Source of the DNA: Octopus vulgaris
Taxonomy: Eukaryota
DNA length: 64,000 nt
Assembly: GCA_951406725.2 (NCBI GenBank)
Contig: OX597819.1
Span: forward strand, 85,188,001-85,252,000
Direction of reading: 5' to 3'
The translations under genes and the position numbers were made by a program. This document shows, piece after piece, positions 1 through 13,559 of this stretch (positions are counted from its first letter, which is position 1; each line of letters opens with the position of its first letter). The notes below the pieces were generated by a model. The model was given only the letters and a program-made list of their open reading frames with translations. It was not told the origin of the DNA and did not search any database.

Positions 1-91
1 CGCCCAGCTGGGCGGAACACATATACCACAGAAACTGGGAAACCGGGCCTATGAGCCTGGCTAGGCTTGAAAAGGGCGCATAAATAAAAAA

Positions 92-92
<1 letters not shown>

Positions 93-160
<68 letters not shown>

Positions 161-200
161 GTCTATCTGTCTGTCTGTCTGTCTGTCGGTCGGTCGGTCT
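93..200. repeat. (TATC)n/(TGTC)n compound microsatellite
   Basis: Direct read. One of many microsatellites in the window; only a few are listed. Confidence 0.95.
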
Positions 201-510
201 CTCTGCCTGTTTATATATAGAAGGTGATCCAGGAATCCATTCCGTTCCTCATTAGGCAAATGTAGAATAGAAGCATATGTTTCGTACAAACTGAAAATTC
301 AGGAAGTTTTCTTCAATTGCTGAGTATAAAATAAGCAAAAGATAGAAAAACTGATGCCACATTTATTCTTTGATTATAGTTCTTTCAAGAACATTTGGGC
401 CGAAAAGAAAATCATTTAACAACATGAATATGCACAGTAATTATGGGGCACTAATTTTATATTCAGTATTATAAAGGATGGGCCAAAAGTCACACACCAA
501 AACATTTGAC

Positions 511-1470
511 ATTATTATTGTTGCCTTTGCAAAGCTTCTAACGCTGGAGATGTACTACAGTGTCAGTTGTTCACTACCAGTGACCAAAGGTAAGGCCTCT
601 TATTTTTTGAGCAACTTCCGGAGTATTCGAGCGGTTCCGAGCAGTGCTGTTTTCTGCACGTGCTCCACCCTTATTGCAGCCCCTTTTTTATTCCACGTAC
701 CTCCCGGGACTTTTGCTCACTGTTCCCAGGGTTCCGACAGTTATTGGTACTACTGCTACTCTTTTCATCGACCACAACTGCTTAACTTCCCAAACTAACC
801 TGTCATATCTCTCGACTTTTCTTTCTTCTTTATCGCATATCTTGTTGTCAGCTGGGCGTGCTATGTCTATGATCCAGCATAGTTTCCTATTCTCAATCTC
901 ATGGTCGCATTGAATCATAAAATCTCATAGGATCTTTGCATTTCTATTTTCGACAATGCATTCAGGTTTGTGGTCGTACCAATTTTTTGCTCTGTCAAGT
1001 CCATACTTGTTGCAAAGTGTCCAATGGACAAGCCTGGCTATATTGTCGTGGCGTCTCTTATATTACTTCTGGACTAGTGGCGTACATTGGCTTTTAATAT
1101 GTCATACGGTTTCACCGTTTTGTCCACAGATTCTGCACATATCACTTTCTGATGTGCTGTCTATCCTGTATTTTATGTAGTTTGTTCTTAGTGCTTACTC
1201 TTGGGCAGCACATATCAGAGCCTCTGTTTCCGGTTTTAAATCACTTTTAGTCATCCACAGCCATCTTTTTTCTCTGTCTGTCTTATCTTCAACATCCCTG
1301 TGAAATTGACCATGCATTCTTTTCTTTACCCACCTATTTTCAATTTCATTCGTTTTCAATTTCATGTATAGTGCTTTGTCATTGCAATCTTTCATCTTAC
1401 ACAAGCCTGACCTTCCTACTTCTAATAATAGCAGTTCTGTGGCATTTTACATACCATGCTATGTTGTTTA
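511..1470 (-). mobile_element. 5'-truncated R4/Dong-clade non-LTR retrotransposon (zinc knuckle and restriction-like endonuclease region), degenerate
   Basis: Minus-strand peptides HGQFHR..WLW..DLKPETEALICAAQE, CRICGQNGETV, RRHDNIARLVHW, IIDIARP..K...Y..L, VVPITVGTLG and KTALLGTARILR. Ends in a short (TAA)-like tail at about 511-520. Confidence 0.85.
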
Positions 1471-1689
1471 TCATCATCATCATCATCATCATCATTTATT
1501 CTGATCATCATATACAAGTACGTGTGTATTCATTATTATTTTATTTATTTTATTCAATTTTTGAAAAATTGAAACATGTTTTTGACAATTCCATACACAT
1601 CAAAAGTAAAACTAGAAATGCCTTGTAATACGATTTTATTTGTACGAGCAAATAAATCTTGTAGATTCAAAATTGTTGTAATAGTAAAG

Positions 1690-2760
<1,071 letters not shown>

Positions 2761-2986
2761 GAAATATTAAAATAACTAAGTCTCTCTAAAAGAGAACAGC
2801 GGCAGCGTTCCCGGAAAATAATAGTTATCGCCATACTAATATGGCATTCTTATAAAAATAAGAAAAAAGCTGTCCGCTTATTAGCTCCATGAGGCGATCG
2901 CCTTAAGTTAGCTATTTGATACACAAACTGTATCCATATAACCTTCGAACAAGGGAGGTCAGTCGCTCCACACTACTTGACCGGCA

Positions 2987-3028
2987 GCTACAGACGCGTT
3001 TCGGAGTATTGCCCCTTTTCAATGCAGC
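2987..3028 (-). ncRNA. Minimal type I hammerhead ribozyme (U3-A8 variant), inverted copy
   Basis: Reverse complement of 3160-3201. Confidence 0.8.
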
Positions 3029-3159
3029 GTAGCCAGCCAGTAGGTGTCGCTTCCGACAATCTCTGTTCGATGGTTTTATTTACCTAGTTTCGGTGGAATA
3101 CATCCACTTGTTTTCAATAATAGAAATATTGTCGGAAGCGACACCTACTGGCTGGCTAC

Positions 3160-3201
3160 GCTGCATTGAAAAGGGGCAATACTCCGAAACGCGTCTGTAG
3201 C
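3160..3201 (+). ncRNA. Minimal type I hammerhead ribozyme (U3-A8 variant)
   Basis: gctgca TTGAAAA gggg-caata-ctcc GAAAC GC GTC tgtagc. Stem I gctgca/tgtagc, stem II gggg/ctcc, palindromic stem III ACGCGT, GUC site at 3193-3195. Confidence 0.8.
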
Positions 3202-3521
3202 TGCCGGTCAAGTAGTGTGGAGCGACTGACCTCCCTTGTTCGAAGGTTATATGGATACAGTTTGTGTATCAAATAGCTAACTTAAGGCGATCGCCTCATG
3301 GAGCTAATAAGCGGACAGCTTTTTTCTTATTTTTATAAGAATGCCATATTAGTATGGCGATAACTATTATTTTCCGGGAACGCTGCCGCTGTTCTCTTTT
3401 AGAGAGACTTAGTTATTTTAATATTTCTATTATTGAAAACAAGTGGATGTATTCCACCGAAACTAGGTAAATAAAACCATCGAACAGAGATTGTCGGAAG
3501 CGACACCTACTGGCTGGCTAC

Positions 3522-3563
3522 GCTGCATTGAAAAGGGGCAATACTCCGAAACGCGTCTGTAGC
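3522..3563 (+). ncRNA. Minimal type I hammerhead ribozyme, tandem copy 2
   Basis: Same sequence as 3160-3201, offset 362. Confidence 0.8.
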
Positions 3564-3883
3564 TGCCGGTCAAGTAGTGTGGAGCGACTGACCTCCCTTG
3601 TTCGAAGGTTATATGGATACAGTTTGTGTATCAAATAGCTAACTTAAGGCGATCGCCTCATGGAGCTAATAAGCGGACAGCTTTTTTCTTATTTTTATAA
3701 GAATGCCATATTAGTATGGCGATAACTATTATTTTCCGGGAACGCTGCCGCTGTTCTCTTTTAGAGAGACTTAGTTATTTTAATATTTCTATTATTGAAA
3801 ACAAGTGGATGTATTCCACCGAAACTAGGTAAATAAAACCATCGAACAGAGATTGTCGGAAGCGACACCTACTGGCTGGCTAC

Positions 3884-3925
3884 GCTGCATTGAAAAGGGG
3901 CAATACTCCGAAACGCGTCTGTAGC
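3884..3925 (+). ncRNA. Minimal type I hammerhead ribozyme, tandem copy 3
   Basis: Same sequence as 3160-3201, offset 724. Confidence 0.8.
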
Positions 3926-4120
3926 TGCCGGTCAAGTAGTGTGGAGCGACTGACCTCCCTTGTTCGAAGGTTATATGGATACAGTTTGTGTATCAAATAG
4001 CTAACTTAAGGCGATTGCCTCATGGAGCTAATAAGCGGACAGCTTTTTTCTTATTTTTATAAGAATGCCATATTAGTATGGCGATAACTATTATTTATAT
4101 ATATATATATATGTATATAT

Positions 4121-4440
4121 AAATTTATAAATAAGGATAATATCGATATTTAAACATCGGTATTATCAAGTAGTCAGCATGGGAATAAATACCATACAAA
4201 GGTAATACATTTTTTACAACTAAAAATAAGGGTGTCTGAGAGACACCACCATGCCGAAATAGCAGTCAAATCCCTGACTCTAAAAACCATCTTAAATGTT
4301 CATATCGCACCATGAGATAAGACAGAGAGACAAAATAGACTAGCAAAAAATATTACTGAATAATTCAAGATCCTGGATTTCTAGCTTTGCTCCAAATAAT
4401 CTCTGCCTTCACCAGTTGAGTATATCAGATGGACACATAA

Positions 4441-4504
<64 letters not shown>

Positions 4505-4879
4505 CAAACGTTATACTTATCTCATGGTGCGATATGAAAATTTAAGGTGGTTCTTAGAGTCAGGGATTTGACTGCTATTTCGGCATGGTGGTGTTTCTCA
4601 GACACCCTTATTTTTAGTTGTAAAAAATTTATTACCTTTGTATGGTATTTATTCCCATGTTGACCACTTGATAATACCGATTTTAAATATCGATATTATC
4701 CTTATTTATAAATGTATATAATTCGTCACTATATTCACTGGGGTGTTTATTTTGACCATATCGTGCATATGAGGTGGTTGGCGGGCAATTTGAACTGGCC
4801 TTGTACATACGTGCATATATATGTATGTATGGACGATCGTATATGTAAGTATAACGTTTGTTCTGTATATATGTATATA

Positions 4880-4941
<62 letters not shown>

Positions 4942-5160
4942 ATTTATGTGCCCATCTAATATATTCAACCGATGAAGGCAGAGCTTATTTGGAGCAAAGC
5001 TAGAAATCCAGGATCTTGAATTATTCAATAATATTTTTTTGCTGGTCTATTTTGTCACTCTGTCTTATCTCATGGTGCGATATGAACATTGAAGGTGGTT
5101 CTTAGAGTCAGGGATTTGACTGCTACTTCGGCATGGTGGTGTCTCTCAGACACCCTTATT
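4121..5160. mobile_element. Second HHR-bearing pLTR-like array: inverted copy 4121-4519 plus about 1.2 direct units (period about 548, internal (TA)n)
   Basis: cttatctcatggtgcgatatg recurs at 4516 and 5064. 4121-4519 is the reverse complement of part of the unit. Confidence 0.8.
4964..5020 (+). ncRNA. Type I hammerhead motif with one core substitution; inverted copy at 4364-4420
   Basis: ttcaa CCGATGA ... GAAA tcc-a-gga TC ttgaa. The inverted copy reads CTGGTGA, so the consensus of the two is CTGATGA. Confidence 0.65.
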
Positions 5161-5164
5161 TATA

Positions 5165-5232
<68 letters not shown>

Positions 5233-6162
5233 TGAGAGAAAGCGAAGGAGACAGACTGACAGAGAAAGAATGATAGGGTGGGGGAGTGAGTTTTTACTAT
5301 GAAAAGAGATACTGTATGTATAAAGCTCAGGCTTGTTATTCGGATTCTCTTAAAGGTGTCAAATTTCATGGAGTGTAGAATTTCATTTCCTGAAGCCTCT
5401 TCATTTCTTTTATATCTTATACTGCATTATTAATCGAAATTTGTTAAATGTTTGACCCATCTGGATCGCCATCTATGTATTCCGTGTCTGCGGGAAATAG
5501 CTAAATCCCTCCAGGTCATACCTAAGGAAGAATAGATTGTGTAATGCAGTTTTAGATACATTATGCATAAAACATGACTAGATGATTGAGAATGGACATT
5601 ATTGATCGTAGTGCAAATTTCCAGGGACTGGCATGAAGTTAAACAACTCTTGTTAAAAGCTGTTAACTGTAATTTAAGTTAACAATGTGTAGACATCGGA
5701 GCTATATCTAAACGGCTGTTCAAGTGCACATATACCTTCAGCTTCTACACAAAAAATAAAATTTTGTGATGGGTAAAAATGTCTAATGTATTTATGGTTT
5801 TGTAAATTCAACATGTGAAAGATGTACTGAAATAAAAAAGATAGCGAGAGAGAAATCAACCAGAACATATGTAGATTTAATATTTAAACGAACGAAACCG
5901 AGAAATTGCTCTCCTTAGATTAAATTCGAAATACAAGAACGCTGAGCTAGATGCTCTACTCTGCTTAGTTTTCACCATTTGTCTTTAAATCTCGCTGGGA
6001 TTTGGCTTTTATCCTTCTCAAGTCAAAAGAATAAATACAACCTGTAGAAAAGATGTTAACTCAATTATTTACAATTATATGTCTAATTATCTTTTACTTG
6101 TTTCTGTCATTAGACGGCGGTCATGCTGGGATACCATTGAAGGAAGCAGATTAACCACCATA

Positions 6163-6226
6163 TGCCGAAACCCGGTATTGAACCAGAAACCTTTAGATAT
6201 TTAGTTTAACTCTCTCCTGACTGAGC
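6163..6226 (-). pseudogene. Degenerate tRNA-Phe-derived sequence
   Basis: Minus strand gctcagtcaggagagagttaaactaaatatctaaaggtttctggttcaataccgggtttcggca is colinear with eukaryotic tRNA-Phe(GAA). The anticodon arm is mutated and the 5' acceptor strand is missing. Confidence 0.75.
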
Positions 6227-6612
6227 GTTCTATATTTGAATAGAATCAATTTTGATTCCCGATGAGACAGCACTTCCAAAAATTTTAACGAATGGATGTT
6301 GGAGTATCCAAGTATATTACTTTACTTTTTCGACTCGCTACTTTCAAATCCCACTGGAGTCAACTTCGTCGTTCATGGAAGATCATGTTTTGACATCAGT
6401 AACATAAAGAAATCTATTCAATCGACTACATTCACCTCTTTTGCTAAAATTTAGTCCTACGAGTATTGAAAAGAAATCAATATTTAAACGAGTGAAGTTT
6501 ATCTATGTAACGATTTTAACTCATCAAATCAGTTTTGTCTATTCATTGTTTTTATCATAAAATAACGTCTGTTACATACAAAGACATCTCATCAAAAACA
6601 AAACACATTACA

Positions 6613-7321
6613 ATGAAGAGATTCGTTCTTTTCTTACTTATTGCAACGAATCATGCTTATACGTTTGTTTATTCTGACAGCAGATGATTAAACCAAAGGT
6701 ATTTACGGTAAGTGATCTGTGTAATAGATGTTTCATTAAAAAAAATTACTATTAGGAATGTTACTGTGGATTCAGCAATAACACTTGTTAATTCGGTCCT
6801 TTTATTTTCTTTCCATTAACTGCACTTTTAGATTCCGATATACAGGTATTCTGAGAGAAGGCTCTCAGCAGTCTCAGCACACTTTCATTTAGAAATGCTA
6901 ATCAAATCATGATATCCAACAATGTTTGGACCAAATAATTTCAAGCTTTCTTCATTACCGTGAAAGATCGGTATTATATAAAAGGCAATTACGATCATTG
7001 GAATGCTGATGGCTACAGTGCATCACAAAGATTGTTACTGTTAAATGTCAGGACCATATCAAAAGCAGGAACATTTATAGAATACCAAAGAGACAATTAA
7101 GTTAATGCTAGTAAAGTTTCTTGAATGTCGAAATACCTATGTAATCAAGGCAAATGTTACTATGTCGTGTCGCATAATTTAGAAGAACAATTTCAACGGC
7201 AAACGAAACTATCACAAATTTAAAGTGCTATTTAAAAATGGTGAAGAAGTTACTCTAGAGACTCAAACACACATAGGAACACAGATATTTGTGTATAATA
7301 AGATACTTATATATGTCGTAG
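6613..7321 (+). pseudogene. Candidate decayed exons 1-2 (signal peptide and Ig-like segment) of a membrane or secreted protein
   Basis: ATG at 6613 gives MKRFVLFLLIATNHAYTFVYS. Donor GTAAGT at 6708 and pyrimidine-rich acceptor ending 6831. NVTMSC (7153-7170) and LFKNGEEV (7228-7251) are in one frame ending at a phase-1 donor at 7322. Stops and frameshifts are present. Confidence 0.35.
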
Positions 7322-7639
7322 GTAATAAAGGAAATTTCGAAGTCGTGACAGAATTCAAAATTAAATGCGTCATTTGTTCGTACTCCTCAAAGTGAAGAGT
7401 GCATAATTTCAAATAATTACGAAAAAGCTCCTCAAGTTCACCTAATATGCTTAGGGAACGGACAGTTGAATCTTTCTTTTCAAGGAAGTAAAAACTGTGT
7501 GCATACGTTTTGGTATGTTTGACATCGCCATCGTAGTACAGTTTAACATAACGTGCAGATCAGTAGATATATTTTTACACAGAAAGAATAAATACAAAAA
7601 TTTTTGAATGGGAATAATTTACGTAATTGTCACAAACTT

Positions 7640-7820
7640 ATTTCAATCATTAGACTGCAGATATGCTGGGGCACTGCCCTGAAGAATTTGAGTCGAGCGA
7701 ATCGACCCCAATATTTATTTTTTAAGCCTTGTACTTTTTCTATCGTTTCTTTTGCCGAACCACTAATTTACGGGGAAAGAAACACAAAAACACCGGTTGT
7801 CAAGCCGTGGGGGAAGGACA

Positions 7821-7913
<93 letters not shown>

Positions 7914-8080
7914 ACACAGACACACACACACAGACACACACATATACACACACACACACACGCATACACACAGTGGGTTTCTTTTAGTTTCCGTGTACCA
8001 AACCCACTTACAAGGGTTTGGTAGGCCCGAGGCTATAATGGAAGACATGGAGCTGAACCATGTTGTTGGGAAGCAAACTT
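7640..8080 (-). mobile_element. CORE-type tRNA-derived SINE (abundant local family) with internal (CA)n
   Basis: Reverse-complement similarity to the copy at 24569-24972. Confidence 0.75.
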
Positions 8081-8109
8081 ATACATATATGAATATGTAT
8101 ATATTTAAA

Positions 8110-8221
<112 letters not shown>

Positions 8222-8259
8222 TATATATATATATATCAAGAAGCTTTTCTCTGAGGTAC

Positions 8260-9722
8260 CGGATCTTCAGGGGGGTCTATACAGAGACGACGCTCTCTTC
8301 ATATACCCCACCAACAATAGGAGTAAACTAGAAAGAATTAGGAAAAAGATCAGGCTTTTTTTTCAAATCCTTCAATCTTAAACTAGAATTTATGACCAAT
8401 ACTAAAATAGTAAACTTCTTAGATGTTACGTTAGACTTGAATAAGCACCTTCACCACCCGTATAGGAAACCCGAAGAAACTACCAAATACACCCATACCT
8501 CTTCCAACCATCCACCCTGTATAATTAGCACCACGGTCCAAGCCATCTCAGACAGACTTACAAAACTATCCTCTAATAGAGAAATTTTCAATAATCACGC
8601 ACAACACTACAACCAGGCTCTCTATAGTGCCGGGTATAACCAGAGAATATCATATGTAGACCACCCGGGAACGTCCGTCGGCCATAAAACTCCCAATTAT
8701 AATCGAACTCAGCACTCAACTCACACTAGCGATAATTCTAATTTAAACTCCAAACAACGTATAGGAAATAGGCGAACTAATAGAATAGCACACAATAGTA
8801 ACCCTCCCGACGAGAGCAATATAGATCCTATTAGGAGAAATAGAAGGGATAATAGTAGATTACGCAAATATATATGGTTCAACATACCTTACAACTTAGC
8901 AGTTAGGGGTAAGTTATGTAAGAGAATATTCTTATCATTTCCAACAACTTCCCACCCACCCATAAGTATAGAAGTATCTTCTCCAACAAAACCATTAGGA
9001 TTTCCTACTCTACCCTGCCCAACATGAGCTGCCTCATAGCTAAACATAACTATATTAATATTAGAACAGCTAGATCAAGAGCAAACTATAGCGACCAACA
9101 GAACCCCCCTCATCTAGATAGTAGACAATATAACCAGACTGGCAGCCATACTACCCAAACAGTTAGTAATAACACCCGCCAACACAACAGAGGAAATACT
9201 ACACCCATCAACAACCAGGAGGATATCAACGCCCCCACTCGTATTGCAACACCTCCGCCTGGGATTAGCAGCACACGACCGAATAATGCAATGCAATGCA
9301 ACTGCAGATGTGCATCAGAGTGCCCGCTACAGGGCGCATGTAGGGCGAAAAACGTAATATATTCATGTGAGGTGAGTACCCAGTTTAACACACTCACCTA
9401 CATAGGTTGCTCAACCTCCTGGAAATCCAGATACTACAACCACCGGTCCTCGCTGAAACACAGACATAAGGCTAACAGCACCTCCCTTTCTAAAAGAATT
9501 TGGGAATTAAAGGACAAATGCATAGGCTTCAAACTCAGGTGGTCCATCATCGGATCAGCTGCACCTTATTTAAATAATAGAGCAGGATGCCAACTATGTT
9601 GTGTAGAACTCCTGAACATCTTGAAATTCAAAGACAAACACAATCTTATTAACAAAAGGTCAGAGTTCAAACCATCCTGTATACACAAACTTATTAATAC
9701 TTTCAAATACTACAAAGCTTAG
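8260..9722 (+). pseudogene. Frameshifted RT-thumb/GIY-YIG ORF of the Naiad-type element
   Basis: ORFs 8392-9027 and 9024-9722 are joined by a frameshift near 8935. The other frame reads ISNNFPPTHKYRSIFSNKTIRISYSTLPNM. Confidence 0.85.
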
Positions 9723-9859
9723 GTTATTATACCAACTCCCCCATGCAATTTCCTCCCACCCGGTGCAACCTGTCGGCTCCAGCACATCCCGCTTTCCTAT
9801 ATGTGCGTGTATATGCGTATATGTGTGCGTATATATATGTATGTGCACATATGTGTACG

Positions 9860-9892
<33 letters not shown>

Positions 9893-11724
9893 GTGCGTGT
9901 GTGTGTGTGTGTGTGGGTGTGTGTATGTGCATATATGTTTCCCTGCATTTTCCTCCTATATATACAAATTTTGTCTCCCATATATGTCTTCTTTTCCCTA
10001 CATATTTCTTCTCCTACACCCATATCCTTCCTATATAGTCTCTTTATTTCCCTATATCTATACCCTTTCACATTTCTAACTCGGATGTTGAACGCACACC
10101 GCCAAACTCCACTTCCCACCCTTCCAATTTTCAGTTCCCCCGCCCGCCCCTACGTGGGCACCTTTAACACACACCTCTAACTTTCAACCACCTTCATCTC
10201 ATGTTAAACTTTACCAAATTATATTTTTATTTTATTTTATTTTATTTTTATTTTTACTTTTATTTTTACTTTTATTCTACTTTGATTTATTCTCATTTTT
10301 ATTTTCATCCCTTATCTTAATTCTTATAATTTTTATAATTTTTATATTTCATTTCTAACCTTTACATTGTATTTCTTATTTTATACTGTATTTCTTACTT
10401 TTATTTCTAATTTTTACCCTTACCCTCATTCTTACCCCTAACTTATCGCTTTATATCTCTATATATGTCTATTTTTTTTTTGCTTATCCCTTATTTACTT
10501 ACCTATGGATCCACTTTATGATTATACGAGCGTCCGTGTACGTATGTATACGTATACATATATGTACATATGTACGAGTAAACATCTACGTCTGGATGTA
10601 CATACCCCGTATTTCTTTTTTTACATGTTTTCTTATATTCATATGTTTACACCTATTTGTATACATCTTTTAATATCTTATAGCTATACCCATATGCGCG
10701 TATGTCTCTGTGTGTGTATGTAAGTGTATATGTGCACGCACATATGGACACACAGCCGTGTGTGCGTGCACGTGTAGACGTGAGTGCGTGATTCTTTACA
10801 TACGTTCTTATATACATCCTTTAATATCTTATATCTAAACCTGGAAGCGTGGGCATATGCGTATGTGTATGTAAGGATGGGCGCACGTATGTACATATGG
10901 GTGTGTACACGTATAATGTCCGTGTATACATGCGGATATTCTGTTGTATGTATGCATATGTACGCGCGTGCGTGTGGGTGTGTGTGTGTTTATGTACATG
11001 TTTACACGTGAGTGCGTGTGTATGCTTATAGGCTTGGAGGCGTATATGTACGCGTGTATATGGGTGTATGTATCCATGATAGTATGTGTGTACTAGATGA
11101 CCAATTAATTCAAAGAACCAGATTAAACGCTCAACAGCTCTGATTTACAACACATTATAGGTCCCCAGACGACACTGTTGATTTATTGACACCCAAAACT
11201 TCTACGACTAAATTTTATCAATCTCCTGACCACCATGTTTGGTCCGTAACCTCTATACATCCCTTATCTTTATATTTTTTTACATTTTTATCATGTTTAT
11301 TCCTATTTTTATTTTTTTACTTTTTACTTTTATTTCTATCTCTATTTTTACTTTATAACCTTATGCCTTTACATTTATTTATATTTCTTTATATTTCTTT
11401 ATATTCTTTATACCCCCTTTACATCTCCTTATATCCCTTTATATCTTTATACTCTACATTTTTATATTTTTCTATACTTACACTTTTTATACATTTTTTA
11501 TCCCTCGTCCTGAATTCTCGCCCCTCCATCTTCACGTCTATATATGTATTTATTTATTTACATTACTTCAACATCCAAATTTCCTCATTCTACATTGAGA
11601 GAAGAAAGAGATGGACGCTTCAATTCTATGCTGCTGCCGCATTATGTCGTACGCGAATGAGAGGATTTGCATCCCCAACCAAGAATTTTTGATGTAACAC
11701 ATGTCCTTGTGGAAGCTGTTGTGC

Positions 11725-11802
11725 GCGGCTGAAGAAGGCCACAGACATACATTATGCATTGTTATAAATCTGTCTAATAAAGGCCCGAAACATATGTACC
11801 GC
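11725..11802 (+). ncRNA. Type I hammerhead ribozyme in the PLE 3' pLTR
   Basis: gcgg CTGAAGA aggcc ...long loop... ggccc GAAAC ATAT GTA ccgc. Palindromic stem III ACATATGT and a GUA site. Confidence 0.85.
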
Positions 11803-12120
11803 TGAATCCTTCGCATCATGTTTTTATTTTGATCAATTTACTCCACCACCTACACCACCAAACGGTATACACAGGTGCTTATAATTATCAAGTACTCACC
11901 CCGAATTTCTATATCATATATATATATATATCATATATATATATATATATATCATATATATCATATATATATATATCATATATATATATATATCATATAT
12001 ATATATATATCATATATATATATAAATCATATATATCATATATCATATATATCATATATCATATATATATATCATATATATCATATATATATATATATAC
12101 ATATATATATACACACATAT

Positions 12121-12367
12121 TAATCCGAGGGGAGGCAATGTGAGGAACAACTAGAGGAATATTACAAAATCCACAGAAAGATCAAACACATACATATATT
12201 CATATTCATTTATATCTACATTTATATATGTTCTGTATTTATATCTGTTCTGTATTTATATCTGTTCTGTAGATATAAATGAATATGAATATATGTATGT
12301 GTTTGATCTTTCTGTGGATTTTGTAATGTTCCTCTAGTTGCTGCTCACATTGCCTCCCCTCGGATTA
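12121..12367. repeat. About 100-bp inverted repeat (probable inverted pLTR fragment)
   Basis: 12121-12220 is the near-perfect reverse complement of 12268-12367. It lies between (TA)-type tracts. Confidence 0.85.
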
Positions 12368-12434
12368 CTAAGTGTATACAGCTCATTTGAGCACTACAGT
12401 TCCATTCTGTTATATATTTTGAGTGTTGTTGTCA

Positions 12435-12468
<34 letters not shown>

Positions 12469-12579
12469 AAATCAGAAAATGGAGAAAACCTCAGATCAAT
12501 AAGCCCATCAATTGGACCACATTTATAGCTTATTATTTAATACAAAACGTAGCATAACATTCATGTGACATAACAAATC

Positions 12580-12692
12580 TAATGGTCGTTTACGCATCCG
12601 GTGCCGATCAATGTTTACAAATATTTGCGAAAATAAAATTCTTCATCTTCATAGGTCCTTTGAATCAAGGCACGGTGCTTCATCAGTAAAAC
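12580..12692 (-). ncRNA. Degenerate hammerhead-like motif
   Basis: Minus strand CTGATGA agcaccgtgcc ... ggcaccggatgc GTAAAC. The second core box and stems I and III are imperfect. Confidence 0.35.
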
Positions 12693-13559
12693 AAAAGCAT
12701 CCAAAATAAACAAAAGGAAAAAGGAAAACGAAGGAAAACATGGCCTAGAAAAGAAGTCTGGAAGCCCAAAATGTTAGTGGCTTTAGCATTGTGCATTTTA
12801 GTGTACCTACAAGATAGAATTTTCTTAGGTACATGTATACATCTAATTCTCACCATAATTTGCTATATATGATGTTAAGTCCAATATTTTTAGCAGTTTT
12901 TTTAACATAATTTTTTTTCCAATACCTGTACTAGTTGCATCCCCTTAACTACAAGTCTTGCCTAGTGTCTATTTAGCCGTTTTTCTCAGGTATGCTATAT
13001 CGATAAGCTGCAGGACTTAAGCGGCCCCGAACCACTTATATCATTATATGCTCCCCCCGTACCCTTTACTTATATTGCTATTCTTGTCTTGTCTTGAGAC
13101 AGCATTCACCCAGGGTGGGTTGAGCTGGCTTCATTCATCCTCAATGCTGCATCTCTCACAAACACCGACCAGACCTGGCGATTTTGTTATTCATTCATCT
13201 TAATTTACATATCTATTGTAACGGTTTAAACTTATGCCCTCTGTTCAAATATAATTGACCAATTGTAGAGATCACTGGACTTAACTAGTCCCATTGCGGA
13301 CAACAGGAGGGGTTCTCTGTAATATTTCTGTGAGTACACTATCTTAAGCACCCTACGGTAATGTTTTGATACATTCTAACTTGAGGTTTTTCGTTAGCAT
13401 AAGTAATGCTCATTGATAGTCATGTTAGTAAGCTTCCTTGTATTATTATTTTTTTATATTTTCTTTTCATAACTTTTAAAACATCTTGGTTCCCCCTTAT
13501 TTTGGAATTACCCATGAAAAAAATTTTTTTACTCCCCAGACCAGTACTAGTTCACCATC

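Larger units (their letters stand above)
8236..11900 (+). mobile_element. 5'-truncated Penelope-like element, Naiad-type, with long 3' region ending in an HHR
   Basis: GLYRDD RT motif at about 8273-8290, NFLDVTL and SNHPP thumb motifs, CNCRCASECPLQGAC (CxCx5Cx5C), then NVIY..YIG..KSRYYNH GIY-YIG. HHR at 11725. (TA)n at both ends. Confidence 0.88.

Noticed and set aside
3129-4096. CRISPR-like or satellite interpretation of the tandem array
   Set aside because: Units are 362 nt with no unique spacers, the DNA is eukaryotic and there are no cas genes. The HHR and inversion fit PLE biology.
11186-11692. Hydrophobic 168-aa ORF resembling a membrane protein
   Set aside because: A by-product of the T-rich low-complexity PLE trailer.
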